Source of the DNA: Malacoraja senta
Taxonomy: Eukaryota
NCBI GenBank assembly: GCA_038087875.1
Contig: JAXLNO010000277.1
Span: 1 to 47,260 of the forward strand
DNA length: 47,260 nt
Reading direction: 5' to 3'
The notes below the pieces were generated by a model. The model worked only from the letters and a program-made list of their open reading frames with translations. It was not told where the DNA came from and ran no database searches. Made by a program: the position numbers and the translations under genes. This document shows positions 44,349-47,260 of the stretch, piece by piece (the stretch's first letter is position 1; the number at the start of each line of letters is the position of its first letter).

Positions 44349-46790
44349 ACTAAAGTGGGTCCCATTCTCACACGGGAGGCCTGGTCCCCAATGCAATATT
44401 CCACCACTCACCCATAGCACCCAACTGTGCAGGCACGGCTGACAGGTCCTCATTGTGATGCTCCTGATCCCCCTCCCTCCCTCACCCCCCCCCCACTCCG
44501 CCCCTTGCGATTTCCCCCCACACGCACTCACCCCATCCCCCCCCTCAATCCCCCCCATCCATTCTTAGTGGCTCTCCAGCGGCACAGCCATTTCCGCCCA
44601 TTGGGTTCACATTGTGACGTAGAACATGCAGGCATTGCTGCGCAGGCACAGCTGACGGGCATGGAAGGTATTTATTAAAGCTTAAAATGTGAATAACTCA
44701 TAATAAAACAACAATTTAAATGTTAAAGATGAGATTTATTCAGTTCAGTTCTTTCTGGTTTGTGGTCTCTTATTGCATTCTGCAGCTGGGGGAGAGGGAC
44801 AGCTTCTGGCAGGGTGCAGCGTCCTGCAGCCTGGGGGTGGGGCACGGCTTCAGACGGGGGCTGTCGCGACCGGTGGGGAGGGGAAGGCCTGAGCGGGGGC
44901 AGGGGGATGCTCATGGCTCATGCGGCGGCTGTCGGGCCGCGGTAGGGTGAGCGTCTGCAGCCGGGGAGGCAGCACGTACGGGGCTGTCGGGGACAATTGG
45001 GGCAGGGAGGAGCATCTTGCAGCCCCGGGGGAGGGGGATGGCTTCAGATGGGGCCCGTTGGGGGCTGATGGTGAGGGGGTGAGCGCTGCCATGGCTTACT
45101 GCTGCCATGGCCTACCACTGCCTGCCACTGCCATGGCTATCGCGGTCGCTGGTAACTGCTGCCTCTCCCCACCAGCTTCAGTAGGGGACCCAGGGGGAGC
45201 ATCTTGCAGCTGGCGCGGGCATGGGACGGCTTCAGGCGGGGCGGGCGCGCTCAGGCGGGGGCGTTGGGGGCCGGTAGGTGTGGGAGAGCATCCTGCAGCC
45301 AGGGGAGGGGGACAGTTGCAGGCGGGGGCTGTTGGCTGCTGATGAGGGTGGAGGAGCATCCTGCAGCCGGGGGAGGGGGACGGCATCAGCAGGTGCTGGC
45401 GGGGGCCGGTGGGGGAGGGGGAGCTTCCTGCGGCCAGGTAAAGAGGAGGGGGAGAGCTTCGGCCGGTGGCCGGGGCTTTCTGCAGGGCTAGTACATATGT
45501 TGTTGGCCTAAGGGTCTGGTTTCCTGAGGGCAAGTACGGACATTATGGGCTGAAGGGACTTTTCTTGGGTTAGTACATGTGTTGTGGGCAAGAGGGACTG
45601 GTTTCCGGAGGGCTAGTAGGACATTTGTGCCGAGTGGACTTTTCTTGGGCTAGTACAGGTGTTGTGGGCCACACGGACTGCAGCTGGGGAAAGGGACGGC
45701 TTCGGGTGGGGGCCAGCAGTGAGCATTCCATAGTCGGGGAGGGGGACGGCTTCAGGCGGGGGCCGGCGGGAGCGTCCTGTAGCCGGGGACAGGGACGGCT
45801 TCAGGCAGGTACCGTTCTGTGTCCGGCGGAGGGGGATGGCTTCAGCCGGGGGCTGGCGGGAGCGTTCTGCAGCCGGGGAGGGTGACGGCTTTAGGCGAGG
45901 GACGGCGGGGAGCGTCCTGCAGCGAGGGGACAGGAACGGCTTTAGTCGGAGGGGCAGTTGGGAAGGAAGGCCTCCTGTAGTTGGGGACGTGGATAGCTTC
46001 AGGCGGGGTCCAGCGGGAGCATTCTGTACCTGGTGGATGGGGATGGCTTCAGGCGGGGACTGGTGGGGAGCGTCCTGCCACCTGGGGAGGGGGACGGCTT
46101 TAGGCGGGGGTTGTCGGACGCCAGTGGGGATGGGGGGGGCAGCGTACTGCAGGCGGCGGAGCGGGACGGCTTCAGTCAGGGGCTGTCGAGGACCGGTGGG
46201 GGGGAACGCATCATGCAGCCAGGGAGGGTGATGACCAAATATCTTTGGTGATGACTACAGGCGGGGGCTGTCGGGGGCCAGTTGGGGGGGGGGGGGGGCG
46301 TTCTGCAGCCGGGGGATGGGGATGGCTTCAGGCGGGGGCTGGTGGGGTGCGTCCTGCAGCCTGGGGAGGGGGACAGCTTCAGACAGGGGCCGGTCGGGGG
46401 GGGTGGGAACGTCCTGCAGCTGAGGACGGGAAGGCTTCAGGCGGGGGACAGGGGAGCTTCCTGCAGCCGGGGGGAGAGGGACGGCTTCAGTCGGAGGCTG
46501 TCGGGGGCCGTGGGTGAGTGAGAGCAGCCGGGGAGGGGGACGGTTTCAGGCGGAGGCTGTTTGGGGGCATGATTGTTTCAGAAGAAGTGATTATAAATGA
46601 AATGAATGAAAAATATCTTGTCTGGATATTATGTGTACTTTATAAGTAATTAAGCATTTTCAGTATTGTTGTTTATCATAAATATTGTTTACTTACGGGG
46701 GGTTTTGCGGGGAAGTATAATGTTTACAGAGTAAAATTATTTTTTTGCCATTGGAATAATCAAGTAGCAGTATCCCAAATAATTATATAT
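44349..46790 (-). mobile_element. Degenerate Helitron-derived element hosting a GC-rich array
   Basis: CACACGGGAGG.CTGGTCCCCAATGCAATATTCCAC matches the subterminal region at 11665 and 21917; the 5' boundary is uncertain. Confidence 0.5.
44780..46560. repeat. G-rich irregular minisatellite (~45-60-bp unit)
   Basis: CTGCAGCCGGGGGAGGGGGACGGCTTCAGGCGGGGGC recurs many times; a different ~63-bp repeat interrupts at ~45485-45675. Confidence 0.85.
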
Positions 46791-46811
46791 GAACAGTTTT
46801 ACCATCATAAT

Positions 46812-47260
46812 GTGCTCTTCTCTCTACACCAATGACTGCACCTCCATTGACTCTGTCTAGCTTCTCAAGTTTGCGCATGACACAACCCTGAGTGGACTGA
46901 TCCAGGATGGGGAGGAATCTGTCTACAGACAGGAAGTGACACAGCTGGCGTCCTGGTGCCATCGCAACAACCTGGAGCTCAATGCTCTTAAGACAGTGGA
47001 ATTGATTGTAGACTAGGAGGGCTCCCCCTCCCCTCACCTCCGTCACCATCAACAACACCACGGTCACATCTGTGGAGTCTTTTAAGTTCTTGGGAAGCAT
47101 CATCTCCAATGACCTTAAATGGGGGGCCACCATCGACTCCACAGTCAAAAAGACACATCAGAGGATGTACTTCCTGCAGCAGCAGAGGAAGCACAATCTG
47201 CCACAGGCAATGATGGTCCAATTCTATACGGGCATCGCAGAGTCTGTCCTCACCTTCTCC
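46812..47260 (+). mobile_element. Rex1/Babar-type LINE RT fragment (runs off the right edge)
   Basis: LFSLYTNDC, KFAHDTTL.GLI, WCHRNNLELNALKT, FKFLG, QRMYFL. Confidence 0.88.

Noticed and set aside
44720..46521. Gly/Ala/Pro-rich ORFs or a CpG-island gene
   Set aside because: Overlapping ORFs in all frames are produced by a GC-rich minisatellite

Overview
Eukaryotic, repeat-dense intergenic or intronic DNA. It is most likely from a cartilaginous fish (skate/ray-like), inferred from an HE1/V-SINE-type SINE, abundant CR1 and Rex1 LINEs, DIRS and Penelope remnants. No host protein-coding gene can be supported. Contents: a tandem array of a gag-only LTR element with a tRNA-Trp primer-binding site (1-1986); a near full-length CR1 with an intact esterase ORF1 nested in an older CR1; a THAP-domain remnant; several non-autonomous Helitrons; a Rex1 LINE with nested inserts; two divergently oriented DIRS1-type elements; a Harbinger MITE; Penelope fragments with hammerhead cores; and a Passport-like IR-DR Tc1. 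Two patterns are the best candidates for something undescribed. (i) A Helitron-borne module occurs four times, with TATAAAA 29-32 nt upstream of a TCAGTC initiator, a 79-83-nt putative first exon and a GTGAGT donor, each time followed by a different minisatellite array. (ii) A ~0.8-1 kb non-coding retroposed family occurs four times, with compensatory RNA helices and different 3' tails. All calls come from reading the sequence by eye, and boundaries are approximate where stated.
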